64,000 nucleotides of DNA from Podarcis vaucheri. Taxonomy: Eukaryota. The DNA lies in the NCBI GenBank assembly GCA_965113315.1, contig OZ220375.1; one strand, given 5' to 3'. The position numbers and the translations under genes were made by a program. The notes below the pieces were generated by a model, which searched no databases, was not told where the DNA came from, and saw only the letters and a program-made list of their open reading frames with translations. Below, piece after piece: positions 63,461 to 64,000 of this stretch (positions are counted from its first letter, which is position 1; the number at the start of each line of letters is the position of its first letter).

Positions 63461-64000
63461 TGGATGGTTGGATGGTGGCTAACAGATTGAGGTTGAATCC
63501 TGACAAGACAGAAGTACTGTTTTTGGGGGACAGGAGGTGGGCAGGTGTGGAGGATTCCCTGGTCCTGAATGGGATAACTGTGCCCCTGAAGGACCAGGTG
63601 CACAGCCTGGGAGTCATTTTGGACTCACAGCTGTCCATGGAGGCACAGGTCAAATCTGTATCCAGGGCAGCTGTTTACCAGCTCCATCTGGTACGCAGGC
63701 TGAGACCCTATCTGCCTGCGGACTGCCTCGCCAGAGTTGTGCATGCTCTGGTTATCTCCCGCTTGGATTACTGCAATGCGCTCTACGTGGGGCTACCTTT
63801 GAAGGTGACCCAGAAACTACAACTAATCCAGAACACAGCAGCTAGACTGGTGACTGGGAGCGGCTGCAGAGACCACATAACACCGGTCTTGAAAGACCTA
63901 CATTGGCTCCCAGTATGTTTCCGAGCGCAATTCAAAGTGTTGGTGCTGACCTTTAAAGCCCTAAACGGCCTTGGTCCAGTATATCTGAAGGAGCGTCTCC
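63461..64000 (+). mobile_element. L2 LINE, ORF2 3' region, runs off the window
   Basis: NRLRLNPDKTEV...SRLDYCNALYVGLP...LHWLPV. More intact than the copy at 37408. Confidence 0.85.

Overview
Squamate (probably lacertid lizard, judged from the SINE/L2/MITE families) genomic DNA holding a tandem, same-strand cluster of vomeronasal type-2 receptor (V2R, class C GPCR) genes. It has five complete six-exon genes with intact frames and GT-AG junctions (B-F), plus the last exon of an upstream gene (A) and the first two exons of a downstream gene (G). Comparing paralogues shows a chimeric receptor (B), patchwork gene conversion and a hypervariable ectodomain patch. Introns and spacers are rich in transposons: L1, L2, CR1, RTE-X-like, Penelope-like (with a minimal hammerhead ribozyme), tRNA-SINEs, hAT and Tc1/mariner MITEs, and LTR remnants. 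The most unusual item is a ~6.4 kb decayed Ngaro/DIRS-type tyrosine-recombinase retroelement in gene E intron 3 with three SGNH-hydrolase modules. Each module is followed by a full or partial ~300-nt multibranch RNA-like structure, and the same structure persists, with conserved pairing, in an ORF-less 0.8 kb element 38 kb away. An internally deleted L1 also appears to carry a clustered A-to-G (ADAR-like) hypermutated tract. There is one assembly gap (54488-54636). All alignments and folds were done by eye, and repeat family names come from recalled motifs, not database searches.
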